64,000 bases of DNA from Ilumatobacteraceae bacterium. Its GTDB lineage: Bacteria; Actinomycetota; Acidimicrobiia; Acidimicrobiales; Ilumatobacteraceae. The stretch lies in the NCBI GenBank assembly GCA_963810675.1, contig CAWEOL010000014.1, forward strand, positions 155,689 through 219,688, given 5' to 3'. Below, piece by piece: positions 10,023 to 19,471 of the stretch (its first letter is position 1; the number at the start of each line of letters is the position of its first letter). Both the position numbers and the translations under genes were made by a program. The notes under the pieces are model-generated. The model did no database searches, was not told where the DNA came from, and worked only from the letters and a program-made list of their open reading frames with translations.

Positions 10023-11423
10023 TCAGATCACGACCCGGCTGGGCTGCCTGATGGGCCTGCCATGCGGTGTAGCCACCGACGAGATCTGACACGTCGGAGA
10101 ACCCGTGGGCGCGCAGCAAGCTGGATGCGATGGCCGATCGGTAGCCGCCGGCGCAGAACGTCACGGTGGGCGCGGTCCGGTCGAGCTGATCGAGGCTGGT
10201 CAGCAACGCCGGCAGGCTGATGGCGCGGGCGCCGGTGATGGTGCCGAGTGCGACCTCGGCGGGGTTGCGGACGTCGATGAGTACCAGATCGGGCACAGAG
10301 CGGATCCGGTCGGCCAGCGCGTCTGCGGACAGCCGTGACAGCGGTTCGACGAGCTCGGGATGGGCGACGAAGGTGTCGACGGGGTGTTCGAGCGCACCGA
10401 GGACGCGATCGAATCCGATTCGGGCCAAGCGGACCTTCGCTTCGGCTTCGTGGCCAGGTGGTGTCACCAGCACGATCGGTGTTTGCGGTGCCATGACCTC
10501 GCCGGCGTACTCGGCGAATCGACCACCAAGGCCGACGTTGATCGAGCCGCGCAGATGCCCGGCAGCGAAGGCCATGTCGTCGCGGGCATCGATCACGACC
10601 GCCCCGTCGTGCTGATAGGCGAGGACCTCGCTCATCGTCAGGTTCGGAACGTTGATGTCCTCGGTCGAGGAGCTCGCGCCGTTCCCGGTTGCGGTTGGCG
10701 GCGAACGAGAAGTACAGCGGGGCCACCGACTGGCCCTGGGTGACGGCTTCGACGAACTCGTCTTCGCTCATCGGAGCGAGCGCATAGTTGGTGCGGCGTT
10801 GTTCGCCGATCGTCGACACCGTCTCGGTCGACAGGTTCTTGCCACACGCCGATCCCGCACCGTGAGCCGGGTAGACCTTGGTGTCGTCCGGCAACGTCAG
10901 CAGCTTGTCGTGGAGCGAGTGGAACAGTTGCCGGGCCAGTTCCTCGGCGGTGACACCGACCGAGGCGAGCAGGTCGGGGCGACCGACATCGCCGATGAAC
11001 AGCGTGTCGCCGGTGAGCACGCCGTATGGCTGGCCCGTGATGCCGTGCGGGTAGACGACGATGCTGATCGACTCCGGTGTGTGACCGGGGGTCTCGCGGA
11101 TCTCCAAGCTCGACTTCACCCAACTGGATCCGATCACCGTCGGCGTACGTCTCGATCGGGAACTCGGCCCGGCCGGCCGCGGCCCGGCCGTATCCGATCG
11201 TGGCACCGGTCCGGGCAGCCAGCTCGAGGTGGCCGGAGAGGAAGTCGGCGTGGAAGTGCGTCTCCAACACGCTGACGATCGAGAGCCCGTGCGCTTCGGC
11301 GTCGGCGAGGTACTCGGCGACGTCACGCTGGGGATCGACGACGACGGCGCGACCGGTGGTGGTGTCACCGATCAGATAGCTCGCGTGGGAGAGGCAGTCG
11401 AGGTAGTACTGGCGGAAGAACAT
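10023..11423 (-). pseudogene. persulfide dioxygenase (MBL fold) fused to two rhodanese domains, CstB-like; frame changes at ~11108 and ~10665, probably a third at ~10030
   Basis: ORF 10638..11423 (SYLIGD, ETHFHADF). ORF 10028..11368 (TPGHTPESISIV, GDTLFIGDVGRPDL, YPAHGAGSACG). ORF 9856..10635 (rhodanese, active-site FCAGGYRS, GGYTAWQ). The last frame has no stop before 9856, and a one-base shift gives a stop at 10023. Confidence 0.8.
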
Positions 11424-11467
11424 GTGGATCGCGCTCCTCGTTGCGTGTGTTCGTCAGACAACACCAT

Positions 11468-11483
11468 ATACCCCCAGGGGTAT
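11468..11483. promoter_or_regulatory. CsoR/CstR-family-type operator candidate O1 (ATACCCCCAGGGGTAT)
   Basis: Perfect 7-2-7 inverted repeat, 45 bp upstream of the dioxygenase-rhodanese start. Confidence 0.6.
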
Positions 11484-11523
11484 TATTCCCAGTCTCAGGT
11501 TGCGGGGGTCGAGCGAGTGAAAA

Positions 11524-11559
11524 GAGCGAGGTCGGCACTCGGTGAAGCCGACCTCGCTC
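11524..11559 (-). terminator. intrinsic-terminator-like hairpin after the DsrE-like gene
   Basis: GAGCGAGGTCGGC / GCCGACCTCGCTC, 13-bp perfect stem with a 10-nt loop. Followed on the minus strand by CTTTTC. Confidence 0.6.
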
Positions 11560-11583
11560 CTCATCTCAGGTCGACCGATGCGG

Positions 11584-12057
11584 TCAGGTGAAGATGATCT
11601 GCCCGCCGGCGGCGAGGTCGTAGAAGTCGCCGACGGTGATGATGTCTTGGACCTGTTCGACGAAGTCGTTCTTTTCCATCCCGAACATGTCGACCGATGC
11701 CTTGCAGGCGTACATGCCGCAGCCGGTGTCGGCGATCATCTCGATGAACTCGTGGATCGGTGGGATGTCGAGCTCGTCCATCTTCTTGCTCATCATGTGG
11801 GTGGCGATGCCGCTCATGCCGGGCAGGCCACCGATCAGGGTGGGGATGTGCATGCCCGGGTTGCCGACGGTGGCGACCTTGATGTGGTCGATGCGCTTCT
11901 GGTGGATGGCGTCGAGGCCGAAGAACGTGAAGAACAGGTTGGCCTCCATGCCCTCGGCGCGGGCGCCGTTCGCCATGATCAGCGCCGGGTAGATCCCTTC
12001 GAGGGAACCCTTCGACACGATGATCGAAACCTTGGTGATCTTGCCGTTATCGTTCAT
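11584..12057 (-). CDS. DsrE/DsrF-like (DrsE_2) sulfur-relay family protein
   Basis: MNDNGKITKVSIIVSKGSLEG..ANLFFTFFGLD..GCGMYACKASVDMFG. ATG 12057 lies 2 nt after the TusE stop (alternative start 12069). It is the tail of the 740-aa read-through ORF. Confidence 0.8.
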   Translation of the reverse strand: MNDNGKITKVSIIVSKGSLEGIYPALIMANGARAEGMEANLFFTFFGLDAIHQKRIDHIKVATVGNPGMHIPTLIGGLPGMSGIATHMMSKKMDELDIPPIHEFIEMIADTGCGMYACKASVDMFGMEKNDFVEQVQDIITVGDFYDLAAGGQIIFT

Positions 12058-12059
12058 GA

Positions 12060-12377
12060 TCAGATGCATCCTTTCGGCTTCGGGATGCCGGCGATGCGCG
12101 CTGCCATCTTCGCCGGACCCTTGGGGAACAACTGGTAGAGGTCCTTCACGCTGACCCCGGAGGTCTTGCCGAGCACTCGCACCGTGGGGCCGGTGCCCTT
12201 GTCGAAGTACTCCTTGCGCATGAAGTCGACGACCTGCCAGTGCTGATCGGTCATCGGGTCGATGCCGTCTGCTGCGGCGATCTCGACGGCGATGTCGCGG
12301 GTCCACTGGTTCGGGTCGACGAAGAACCCTTCGTCGTTCAATTCGACGGTGGTGCCGGCGATGGTTGCGGTACTCAT
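12060..12377 (-). CDS. TusE/DsrC family sulfur-relay protein (single C-terminal Cys, TusE-like)
   Basis: 105 aa, ...HWQVVDFMRKEYF...IAGIPKPKGCI. GAGGAGG RBS lies 7 nt upstream. Confidence 0.85.
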   Translation of the reverse strand: MSTATIAGTTVELNDEGFFVDPNQWTRDIAVEIAAADGIDPMTDQHWQVVDFMRKEYFDKGTGPTVRVLGKTSGVSVKDLYQLFPKGPAKMAARIAGIPKPKGCI

Positions 12378-13665
12378 ACCGATGCCTCCTCAGGGGCACG
12401 GTCTGTTGTTTGGATCGGTGTGGGGGTGGGTGTTGCTTGCCGTGTTCGGGCATGTCGGCGCCGATGCCGGGTACGTCGCGGCCCTGCAGTAGGGCGTGCC
12501 AGTAGAACCACTGGAACATCAACTTGCCCAGGTGGTTCATGCGGCTCTGCTTCAGCAGAGGCATGCCGACGCGTGACGGGAAGTGACCGGGCAACGGCTC
12601 GGTCTCGTAGTTGAAATCGATGAGCAGGGCCTTGCCGAACCCGGTCTCGATGAAGCAGTTGGCGTGCCCGTCGAACGTGCTCGACAGGTCGCGACCGTCG
12701 AGGAAGCGGATGATGTTGTCGACCAACACCTCGCCCTCGAAATGGGTGACCGACCCGGCCTTCGAGGCCGGAACGTTGGTGGCGTCGCCTATGGCGAAGA
12801 TGTTCTCCTTCGCCACCGTCTGCAGGGTCGACTTGTTCGTCGGGACGAAGTTGAGCTCGTCGCCCAGCCCCTCGCTGCGACCGACGTAGTCGGCTCCGCT
12901 GTGCAGCGGTACGACGACCGCCAGGTCGAATGGCAGCTCGCGGCCGTCGTAACCGACGAGTCTGCCGCCTGTGCCGTCGACCTCGCCGGTGTTGAACTCG
13001 GTGACGAGGTGAACGCCTTTCTCTTCGAGCAGGCCAGCAAGCGTCGCCGATGCGACCGGCTTGGTGAATGCCCCGTCGAGCGGCGTGGCGTAGGTGATCT
13101 CGACCTTGTCGCGGATGCCGCGCTCGGTGAAGTACCAGTCGGCCAGGAAGCAGAACTCGAGCGGTGCGACCGGGCACTTGATCGGCATGTCGACGACGTT
13201 GACCACCAGCCTGCCACCTTGGAAGTCGGCCAGTGCCGCTTCGAGTGCTGTCGCACCGGCCAGGTCGTAGAACGTGAACACCTTCTCGTTCCAACCGGGC
13301 CCGGTGAGGCCCTCGGTCTCGTCGAGCGCCAGGTGTGAACCGGTGGCGATCACCAGCAGGTCGTAGCCGATCTCACGACCACCGGCCAGGACCACGATGT
13401 CCCGTTCGCTATCGACACGGTCGATGCCCGACTCGATGAACTCGACGTCCTTGTGCAGTTGCTCGTGGCGTGGACGCACGATCTCCTGCTCGTTGGCCAG
13501 CCCGAACGGCACGAACAACAGCCCCGGCTGATACACGTGATGGTTGTCCTGGTCGATCACCGTGATGGCAACGTCGCCGTGGGCCTTGTGGAAGTGGCGA
13601 CGCAGGCGATTGGCGACCAACGTTCCACCCGTACCACCGCCGAGAATCACGATTCGTTGGGTCAT
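12374..13665 (-). pseudogene. sulfide:quinone oxidoreductase-like FAD-dependent oxidoreductase; 3' end needs a frame change (~12420-12440)
   Basis: Start 13665 after GGGAGG. IVILGGGTGGT, IKCPVAPLEF, IFAIGDAT. The frame runs on with no stop through tusE/dsrE (ORF 11584..13806). Alternative frames stop at 12390 or at 12374 (ATGA overlap with tusE). Confidence 0.8.
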
Positions 13666-13702
13666 CGAAGTCCTCCCATTCTCGCTCCACTCTGCCTGGC
13701 TT

Positions 13703-13718
13703 ATACCCCAGGGGGTAG
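13703..13718. promoter_or_regulatory. operator candidate O2 (ATACCCCAGGGGGTAG)
   Basis: Lies in the divergent sqr/cstR-like intergenic region, 37 bp from the sqr start. Confidence 0.55.
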
Positions 13719-13751
13719 AGGAAAACGTCCTGAATCGCCCGGATCGGAACG

Positions 13752-13767
13752 GTACCCCTGGGGGTTT
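13752..13767. promoter_or_regulatory. operator candidate O3, degenerate (GTACCCCTGGGGGTTT)
   Basis: Same intergenic region, 38 bp upstream of the repressor start. Confidence 0.4.
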
Positions 13768-13804
13768 CGGTAACCTGTCCTTTGACTGCAAGGGAAGGAC
13801 CGTC

Positions 13805-14074
13805 ATGGAACTGCCTCAAGAAACACTCGCCGATCTCAAGAAGCGACTGCGACGGGCAGAGGGGCAGGTTCGCGGCGTTGGGGTGATGCTCGACGAAGGT
13901 CGCGACTGTCGAGAAGTCGTCACTCAACTGACAGCCGTCACCAAGGCGCTGGAGCAGGCCGCGTTTCTCCTGGTGGCAGCCGGTCTCACGTGGTGTGTCT
14001 CGGACCCAGAACGGGCTGCCGAAGAGGGCTACGCCTTGGCCGACGTCCAGAAGATGTTCATGAAGCTCGCCTGA
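13805..14074 (+). CDS. CsoR/RcnR/FrmR-family repressor, CstR-like (persulfide-sensing type)
   Basis: 89 aa after GGAAGGA. LKKRLRRAEGQVRGV, Cys35 and Cys64 spaced 29 residues as in CsoR/CstR. The CsoR His position (Cys minus 4) is Gly60. Confidence 0.85.
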   Translation: MELPQETLADLKKRLRRAEGQVRGVGVMLDEGRDCREVVTQLTAVTKALEQAAFLLVAAGLTWCVSDPERAAEEGYALADVQKMFMKLA

Positions 14075-14099
14075 CCAACCACCAATCGGTGCATTCACG

Positions 14100-14115
14100 A
14101 TACCCTATGGGGTAT
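14100..14115. promoter_or_regulatory. operator candidate O4 (ATACCCTATGGGGTAT)
   Basis: The right arm overlaps the ATG at 14114. Confidence 0.5.
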
Positions 14116-14302
14116 GTGCAGACGAGTGACGTGCAAGGTGTGCAAGCGACCGACATGGGCCGGATGTGGCGCTCACGTCGAACAAGTCCTGGGCAATGTT
14201 GCGCCCACTGAGCGCTGCACCTGCCGCAGCGAGCGAAAGCCGCCATCGACGACGACCAGGCAGCCCCGCCGATCCTGGCTGAGCCGGATGAGTGGTCGTT
14301 GA
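14114..14302 (+). CDS. small Cys-rich hypothetical protein
   Basis: 62 aa, MCRRVTCKVCKRPTWAGCGAHVEQVLGNVAPTERCTC (7 Cys in 37 aa). No room for an RBS, so possibly leaderless. Confidence 0.45.
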   Translation: MCRRVTCKVCKRPTWAGCGAHVEQVLGNVAPTERCTCRSERKPPSTTTRQPRRSWLSRMSGR

Positions 14303-14360
14303 TCAGAGGCTTCGAGCACCGACAGTCGCCTCGATGACCACGTCGGCGCTCGACGGACTA

Positions 14361-14864
14361 CTACTTGACGATCGGCGCCCCAGCCGCTTGCCAGACTGAG
14401 ATGCCTCCGTCGAGGTCGTTGACGTTGGTGAAGCCGAGATCGGCCATGACCGCCGTCGCTTGACCGCTGCGGTTGCCGGAATGGCAATAGACGAGGTACG
14501 TCGCCGAGCGATCAAACTTGGCGATCCGGTCGCCGAAGCCTGGAGCGTCGAAGTCGACCAGCACGGCCCGATCGATGTGGCCCTCGGCGAATTCGGCAGG
14601 CGTGCGGACATCGACGACGATGACCGAGGGGTCCGCGGCGAGCGCCTGGGCCGTGCCGACATCGACCAGATGAACCGCGAACGGCGTTGTCACTCCGATC
14701 GGCAACGTCGTGGTCGGATCAAGGCGTGCGACCTGGGTCGAGCCAGCGCCACTTGCGGCATCGTTGTCATTGCCGCTCCGCCCTGAGGAGCACGCGGCAA
14801 GCCCCAGGACGACGATCGCGGCGACAGCCATCCGATCCAATTTGTGCCCTGTTCGATCCCGCAT
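14361..14864 (-). CDS. rhodanese-domain lipoprotein (sulfurtransferase)
   Basis: ATG 14864 after GAAGGAG. Lipobox VVLGLAACSS. VIVVDVRTPAEF and active-site YCHSGNRS. Confidence 0.85.
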   Translation of the reverse strand: MRDRTGHKLDRMAVAAIVVLGLAACSSGRSGNDNDAASGAGSTQVARLDPTTTLPIGVTTPFAVHLVDVGTAQALAADPSVIVVDVRTPAEFAEGHIDRAVLVDFDAPGFGDRIAKFDRSATYLVYCHSGNRSGQATAVMADLGFTNVNDLDGGISVWQAAGAPIVK

Positions 14865-14879
14865 GATCTTCTCCTTCAG

Positions 14880-14895
14880 ATACCCATCAGGGTAT
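14880..14895. promoter_or_regulatory. operator candidate O5 (ATACCCATCAGGGTAT)
   Basis: 6-4-6 perfect inverted repeat, 16 bp upstream of the rhodanese lipoprotein start. Confidence 0.55.
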
Positions 14896-14958
14896 GCCTG
14901 AAGGAGGTGGCCGGCTAACGCCAAAGGTCCCGACCCAAGCCGTCAGCCGTCCGCCGCT

Positions 14959-14974
14959 ATACCCCCATGGGTAC
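14959..14974. promoter_or_regulatory. operator candidate O6, degenerate (ATACCCCCATGGGTAC)
   Basis: Same divergent intergenic region, 167 bp upstream of the gene at 15141. Confidence 0.4.
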
Positions 14975-15140
14975 TGCAAAGATCGCGTAATACGCCGATG
15001 TTCGAACTGCCTTTCTGTGCACAGCTTTTGCGGCGAAGGTCCTGGCAGGTCGTTGCCTGTGACCCTAGGAGACCAAGGCGGCAGGCCCAAGTGTGAAAGC
15101 ACAGGCCACGTCGTGGCCACAACAGGGAGGTTGGACCGCC

Positions 15141-15821
15141 ATGCGTAAGGTCCTGTGGATTATCGGTGTTCTCGGAGTGCTCATGATCGCCGCTCCGTTC
15201 GCGCTCGGCTTTCCATCCAAAGCCAGCCACGGCCAGGAGATGCTCGACAACTTCCACCCGCTGATGCAGCAGGCAAACGTCGACAAGACCGCTGCCTACT
15301 ACAACGATGTGTTCGTGCCGCTCGGCGCTGTCGTGCCGGCGATGAGCCAGGAGAACGTCACGAAGTTCAACGCATACCTCGACGGCATCAAGGGCATGCA
15401 GACCGATTCGACAAAACTCGTCCCAGGGCTGGCCCAGGCGCTCAACATGACTCCCGAACAGGTGCAGCAGTTCCTGGCCACGAACTACCCCGCAATGTCA
15501 GCAATGCTCGCAGGTCTGCCACAAATGCAGACCGACTTCGGAAGCCTGCTCGGCGTGATGTCGAGCAACGTCGACATCTTCGCCCAAGTACCGGCCGGCC
15601 TGAAGCACTACGAGCCACTCGTCTCGACAATGCAGAACAACGTCGACAACTACAACCGAGCAGACAGCCTGCCCAACTTCCGGCTCTTCACCTGGTTCTT
15701 CGTCGTCCCCGGCCTGCTGATCATCGGCCTAGCCGGATGGGGTCTGTTCTTCGCCGGCCAACACCGCATGACCTTGCCGCACCGTCACCCGCAAGTCCCG
15801 ATGGCGGGCGCCGCCCACTGA
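15141..15821 (+). CDS. hypothetical membrane protein (N- and C-terminal TM helices, helical middle domain)
   Basis: ATG 15141 after GGGAGG. MRKVLWIIGVLGVLMIAAPFAL ... FTWFFVVPGLLIIGLAGWGLFF. No family recognised. Confidence 0.6.
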   Translation: MRKVLWIIGVLGVLMIAAPFALGFPSKASHGQEMLDNFHPLMQQANVDKTAAYYNDVFVPLGAVVPAMSQENVTKFNAYLDGIKGMQTDSTKLVPGLAQALNMTPEQVQQFLATNYPAMSAMLAGLPQMQTDFGSLLGVMSSNVDIFAQVPAGLKHYEPLVSTMQNNVDNYNRADSLPNFRLFTWFFVVPGLLIIGLAGWGLFFAGQHRMTLPHRHPQVPMAGAAH

Positions 15822-16030
15822 CGGCGCTCACACGTCGAATGAGATCACCCAAGCTCAGGGTCGTCGTGGACTTCGACGAGCGCGACGCACGGATTCTGCA
15901 TCTGGGGAAGACGTCAACGCTTGGTGCCACACGTCCGTGCACGTCCCGCTGATTGCCCGGCACGACTGCCGGAATCACGTTGCTACAGTCGCTGTTCGTC
16001 GCCACTACAACGGCGATCGAGGAGGTGGTG

Positions 16031-16648
16031 ATGGGAATCTACGCCGAGCAGGTGCTGCCCCGCATGATCAACGCCGCCTGCGGTATGAGGTCCTCGAATC
16101 CCTTGCGAAGCCGGGTGTGCGAAGGCCTTCACGGTCAAGTGGTCGAGATCGGCTTCGGCTCGGGGCACAACATTCCGTTCTACCCGGCAGCGGTCACTGG
16201 CGTTGCCGCGATCGAGCCGGCCGACCTCGGTTGGAAGCTTGCCGGCAAACGCCTTGCGGCGTCGACGGTCACTGTTGAGCGCTCCGGACTGGATGGGCAG
16301 GCCCTGCCGTTGCCCGACGACAGCTGCGACACAGCGCTTTCGACGTGGACCCTGTGCACCATCCCCGACGCAGCGGTGGCGTTGGGTGAGGTGCGGCGGG
16401 TTCTCAAACCTGGTGGAACGCTGCACTTCGTCGAGCACGGTTTGGCCCCCGACGAGAATGTGCAGCGCTGGCAAAACCGTTTGGAACCCGTGCAGAAGCG
16501 CCTCTTCGGCGGGTGCCACCTCACCCGTTCGATTGCGGATCTGCTGTCGGACGCGGGCTTCGCGATCACCGAGGTCGAGGTCTTTTACGAGAAGGGCGCT
16601 CCGAAGTTCCTGGCCGCTGATTCCCTTGGCGTAGCCGTCGCCTCCTAG
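16031..16648 (+). CDS. class I SAM-dependent methyltransferase
   Basis: ATG 16031 after GAGGAGG. VVEIGFGSGHN (motif I) and LKPGGTLHFVEHG. Confidence 0.8.
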   Translation: MGIYAEQVLPRMINAACGMRSSNPLRSRVCEGLHGQVVEIGFGSGHNIPFYPAAVTGVAAIEPADLGWKLAGKRLAASTVTVERSGLDGQALPLPDDSCDTALSTWTLCTIPDAAVALGEVRRVLKPGGTLHFVEHGLAPDENVQRWQNRLEPVQKRLFGGCHLTRSIADLLSDAGFAITEVEVFYEKGAPKFLAADSLGVAVAS

Positions 16649-16904
16649 CGAGCTTGTTGGCATGCGGTAGGGCACGCTCGTTTAACTCGTGGTCCATGAG
16701 ATGGCTGTGAGACGAAGCGCGGCAACACCGGGCAACATCGCGAAGTCGACCGGAGCGTCACTGCAGTTCTTGAGAGGATTCGGTCAATGATCGGTCTCCT
16801 CGCGCCGGCTCGACCGGGCGAAGCCAGCGCGTCCGGAAGGCCTGTGATCGGCTGCGTAACTGCATCGAGACCGCAGCGGCCGGATTGGTCTACGTTGGGC
16901 GGAG

Positions 16905-19331
16905 ATGCGATTCGGACACTTCGATGACGCCGCTCGGGAGTACGTGATCACGACTCCCGAGACCCCCGTTCCGTGGATCAACTACCTGGGGACCGACGAG
17001 TTCTTCGGCTTGATCTCGCATCTGGGCGGCGGGTACTGCTTCTACCGCGATGCACGGATGCGGCGCCTGACCCGCTACCGCTACAACAACGTGCCGACCG
17101 ACGTGGGCGGCCGCTACTTCTTCATCAACGACGGGGGCGACGTTTGGACCCCGACATGGGCGCCGGTGCAGGCCGACCTCGATCACTTCGAGGCGCGGCA
17201 CGGACTCTCCTACACGGTGATCACCGGTGAACGCAACGGGGTACGGGCGGAAGCACTGTTCCTCGTGCCGCTCGCCACGACCGCGGAGATCCACCGGGTT
17301 CGACTGACGAACACGGGGAACACGGCAAAGTCGCTGCGCTTGTTCTCCTTCGTCGAGTTCAATCTGTGGAACGCGTTCGATGACCAGACCAACTACCAGC
17401 GCAACCTCTCGCTGGCAGAAGTCGAGGTGGACGGTTCGGACATCTTCCACACGACCGAATACCGGGAACGGCGCAACCACTACGCCGTTCATTCGGTGAA
17501 CGCCCCGATCGCCGGCTTCGACACCGACCGCGAGGCGTTTTTCGGCCCGTACACCGGATGGAACGGTCCCGACGCCGTGGTCGAGGGTCGCTGCCGCAAC
17601 TCGATCGCCAGCGGCTGGTCGCCGATCGGCGCCCACCAGATCGACATCGAGCTGGCCCCTGGGGAACATCGCGACCTGGTGTTTGTCCTCGGCTACGTGG
17701 AGAACGACGTCGACGCGAAGTGGGAGTCGCCGGGCGTTGTCAACAAGACGCCCGCCCGCCGGCTGCTCGGCCGGTTCCGCACGAGCGAACAGGTCGACCT
17801 GGCGATGGCCGAACTGCGTGCGCACTGGGATCGGTTGCTGTCCACATTTACCGTTCGTACCGGTGATCCGCGGGTCGATCGGATGGTCAACATCTGGAAC
17901 CCCTACCAGTGCATGGTCACGTTCAACATGTCACGTAGCGCTTCGTACTTCGAGACCGGCATCGGCAGGGGCATGGGGTTCCGCGACTCGAACCAAGACC
18001 TTCTCGGCTTCGTGCACCTCGTGCCCGAGCGGGCTCGTGAGCGCATCCTCGACATCGCCGCCACGCAGTTCCCTGACGGCAGCGCCTACCACCAGTACCA
18101 GCCGCTGAGCAAGCGCGGCAACAACGACGTCGGTTCGGGGTTCAACGATGATCCCCTTTGGCTGATCGAGGGTGTGGCGGCGTACGTCAAGGAGACCGGT
18201 GACATCGAGATACTCGACATCGGGGTGCCGTTCGACAACAATCCCGACGACTCGGGCAGCCTGTTCGAGCACTTGCGGCGATCCTTCCACCATGTGCTCG
18301 ACCACCGCGGTCCTCACGGGTTGCCCCTCATCGGCCGGGCCGATTGGAACGACTGTCTCAACTTGAACTGCTTCTCCGAGACACCGGGCGAGTCGTTCCA
18401 GACCACGGAGAATCGGTCCGGAGGCGTGGCAGAGTCGGTGTTCATCGCCGGGTTGCTCGTGCATTGTGCGCCCGACTATGCGGCTCTCGCCGAGGCCGTC
18501 GGTGACGTCGACGAGGCGGCGCGTGCCCGCCGCGCCGCGGCAGAGATGACGACGGTAGTGCTGTCTGACGGCTGGGACGGCGAGTGGTTCGTCCGCGCCT
18601 ACGACTACTTCGGGAACAAGGTCGGGTCGCAGGAGTGCACCGAAGGAAAGATCTATATCGAGCCGCAGGGCTACTGCGTGATGGCGGGGATCGGCGTCGA
18701 GACGGGTGAAGCGGTGCGGGCGTTGGATGCCGTGGGCAGGATCCTCGACACCCAGCACGGCATCGTCATCCTCCAACCCGCTTACACGACCTACCACCTC
18801 GAGCTCGGCGAGATCAGCACCTACCCGCCCGGCTACAAGGAGAACGGCGGCATCTTCTGCCACAACAACCCGTGGGTGGTCATCGCCGAAACGCAGGTGG
18901 GACGGGGCGACATGGCGTTCGCATATTGGAAGAAGATCGCACCCTCGTTCCGAGAGGAGATCTCGGAGGTCCACCGCATGGAGCCCTACGTCTATGCACA
19001 GATGATCGCCGGCAAAGACGCGGTCCGCCATGGTGAAGCCAAGAACTCGTGGCTCACCGGTACGGCCGCATGGAACTTCGTGGCGATCTCCCAGCACATC
19101 TTGGGGGTCAAGCCCGAGTTCGATGGTCTCCGCATCGAACCCTGTCTGCCGGCGGAGTTGACCGAGTTGACGATCACCCGGCGCTGTCGCGGGGCTGAGT
19201 ACCGGATCACGGTGACGAACAGCGGATCGGGAGGATCGCCACGGCTCACGGTCGCCGGCGTTGCAATCGACGGATGTGTGCTGCCATACGCCGCGCCCGG
19301 TGCGGTGGTCGACGTCACCGTTGGGGTCTAG
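16905..19331 (+). CDS. GH94 cellobiose phosphorylase
   Basis: 808 aa. [29 protein letters not shown]...[18 protein letters not shown]...[20 protein letters not shown] closely tracks known cellobiose phosphorylase N-termini. Confidence 0.9.
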   Translation: MRFGHFDDAAREYVITTPETPVPWINYLGTDEFFGLISHLGGGYCFYRDARMRRLTRYRYNNVPTDVGGRYFFINDGGDVWTPTWAPVQADLDHFEARHGLSYTVITGERNGVRAEALFLVPLATTAEIHRVRLTNTGNTAKSLRLFSFVEFNLWNAFDDQTNYQRNLSLAEVEVDGSDIFHTTEYRERRNHYAVHSVNAPIAGFDTDREAFFGPYTGWNGPDAVVEGRCRNSIASGWSPIGAHQIDIELAPGEHRDLVFVLGYVENDVDAKWESPGVVNKTPARRLLGRFRTSEQVDLAMAELRAHWDRLLSTFTVRTGDPRVDRMVNIWNPYQCMVTFNMSRSASYFETGIGRGMGFRDSNQDLLGFVHLVPERARERILDIAATQFPDGSAYHQYQPLSKRGNNDVGSGFNDDPLWLIEGVAAYVKETGDIEILDIGVPFDNNPDDSGSLFEHLRRSFHHVLDHRGPHGLPLIGRADWNDCLNLNCFSETPGESFQTTENRSGGVAESVFIAGLLVHCAPDYAALAEAVGDVDEAARARRAAAEMTTVVLSDGWDGEWFVRAYDYFGNKVGSQECTEGKIYIEPQGYCVMAGIGVETGEAVRALDAVGRILDTQHGIVILQPAYTTYHLELGEISTYPPGYKENGGIFCHNNPWVVIAETQVGRGDMAFAYWKKIAPSFREEISEVHRMEPYVYAQMIAGKDAVRHGEAKNSWLTGTAAWNFVAISQHILGVKPEFDGLRIEPCLPAELTELTITRRCRGAEYRITVTNSGSGGSPRLTVAGVAIDGCVLPYAAPGAVVDVTVGV

Positions 19332-19357
19332 CGATTGTGTGCTCCGCCGCTCGGCTT

Positions 19358-19387
19358 GGCGCCGGCGCCTTTGAGGGCGCCGGCGCC
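19358..19387. terminator. GC-rich hairpin between convergent genes
   Basis: GGCGCCGGCGCC-TTTGAG-GGCGCCGGCGCC, 12-bp stem, no U tract. Confidence 0.45.
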
Positions 19388-19471
19388 ACTTGGGTGGGTT
19401 GACGACTCATCTCGCTTCGCCGTCAGGGCAGTCGGCGTGGGGCTGCCGCGCCCGTCCGGGCTCGTGCCGAG

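Noticed and set aside
11584-13806. 740-aa ORF spanning SQR, the tusE region and DsrE as one protein
   Set aside because: The segment over 12060..12377 in this frame is Arg/His-rich nonsense, while a clean TusE ORF with an RBS sits in another frame. The fusion results from the SQR stop being lost to a frame change.
13805-14074. Copper-sensing CsoR
   Set aside because: The His of the C-H-C Cu(I) triad is Gly here (G60, four residues before C64). The surrounding genes are all sulfur-handling with no copper ATPase or chaperone, so a CstR-like assignment fits better.
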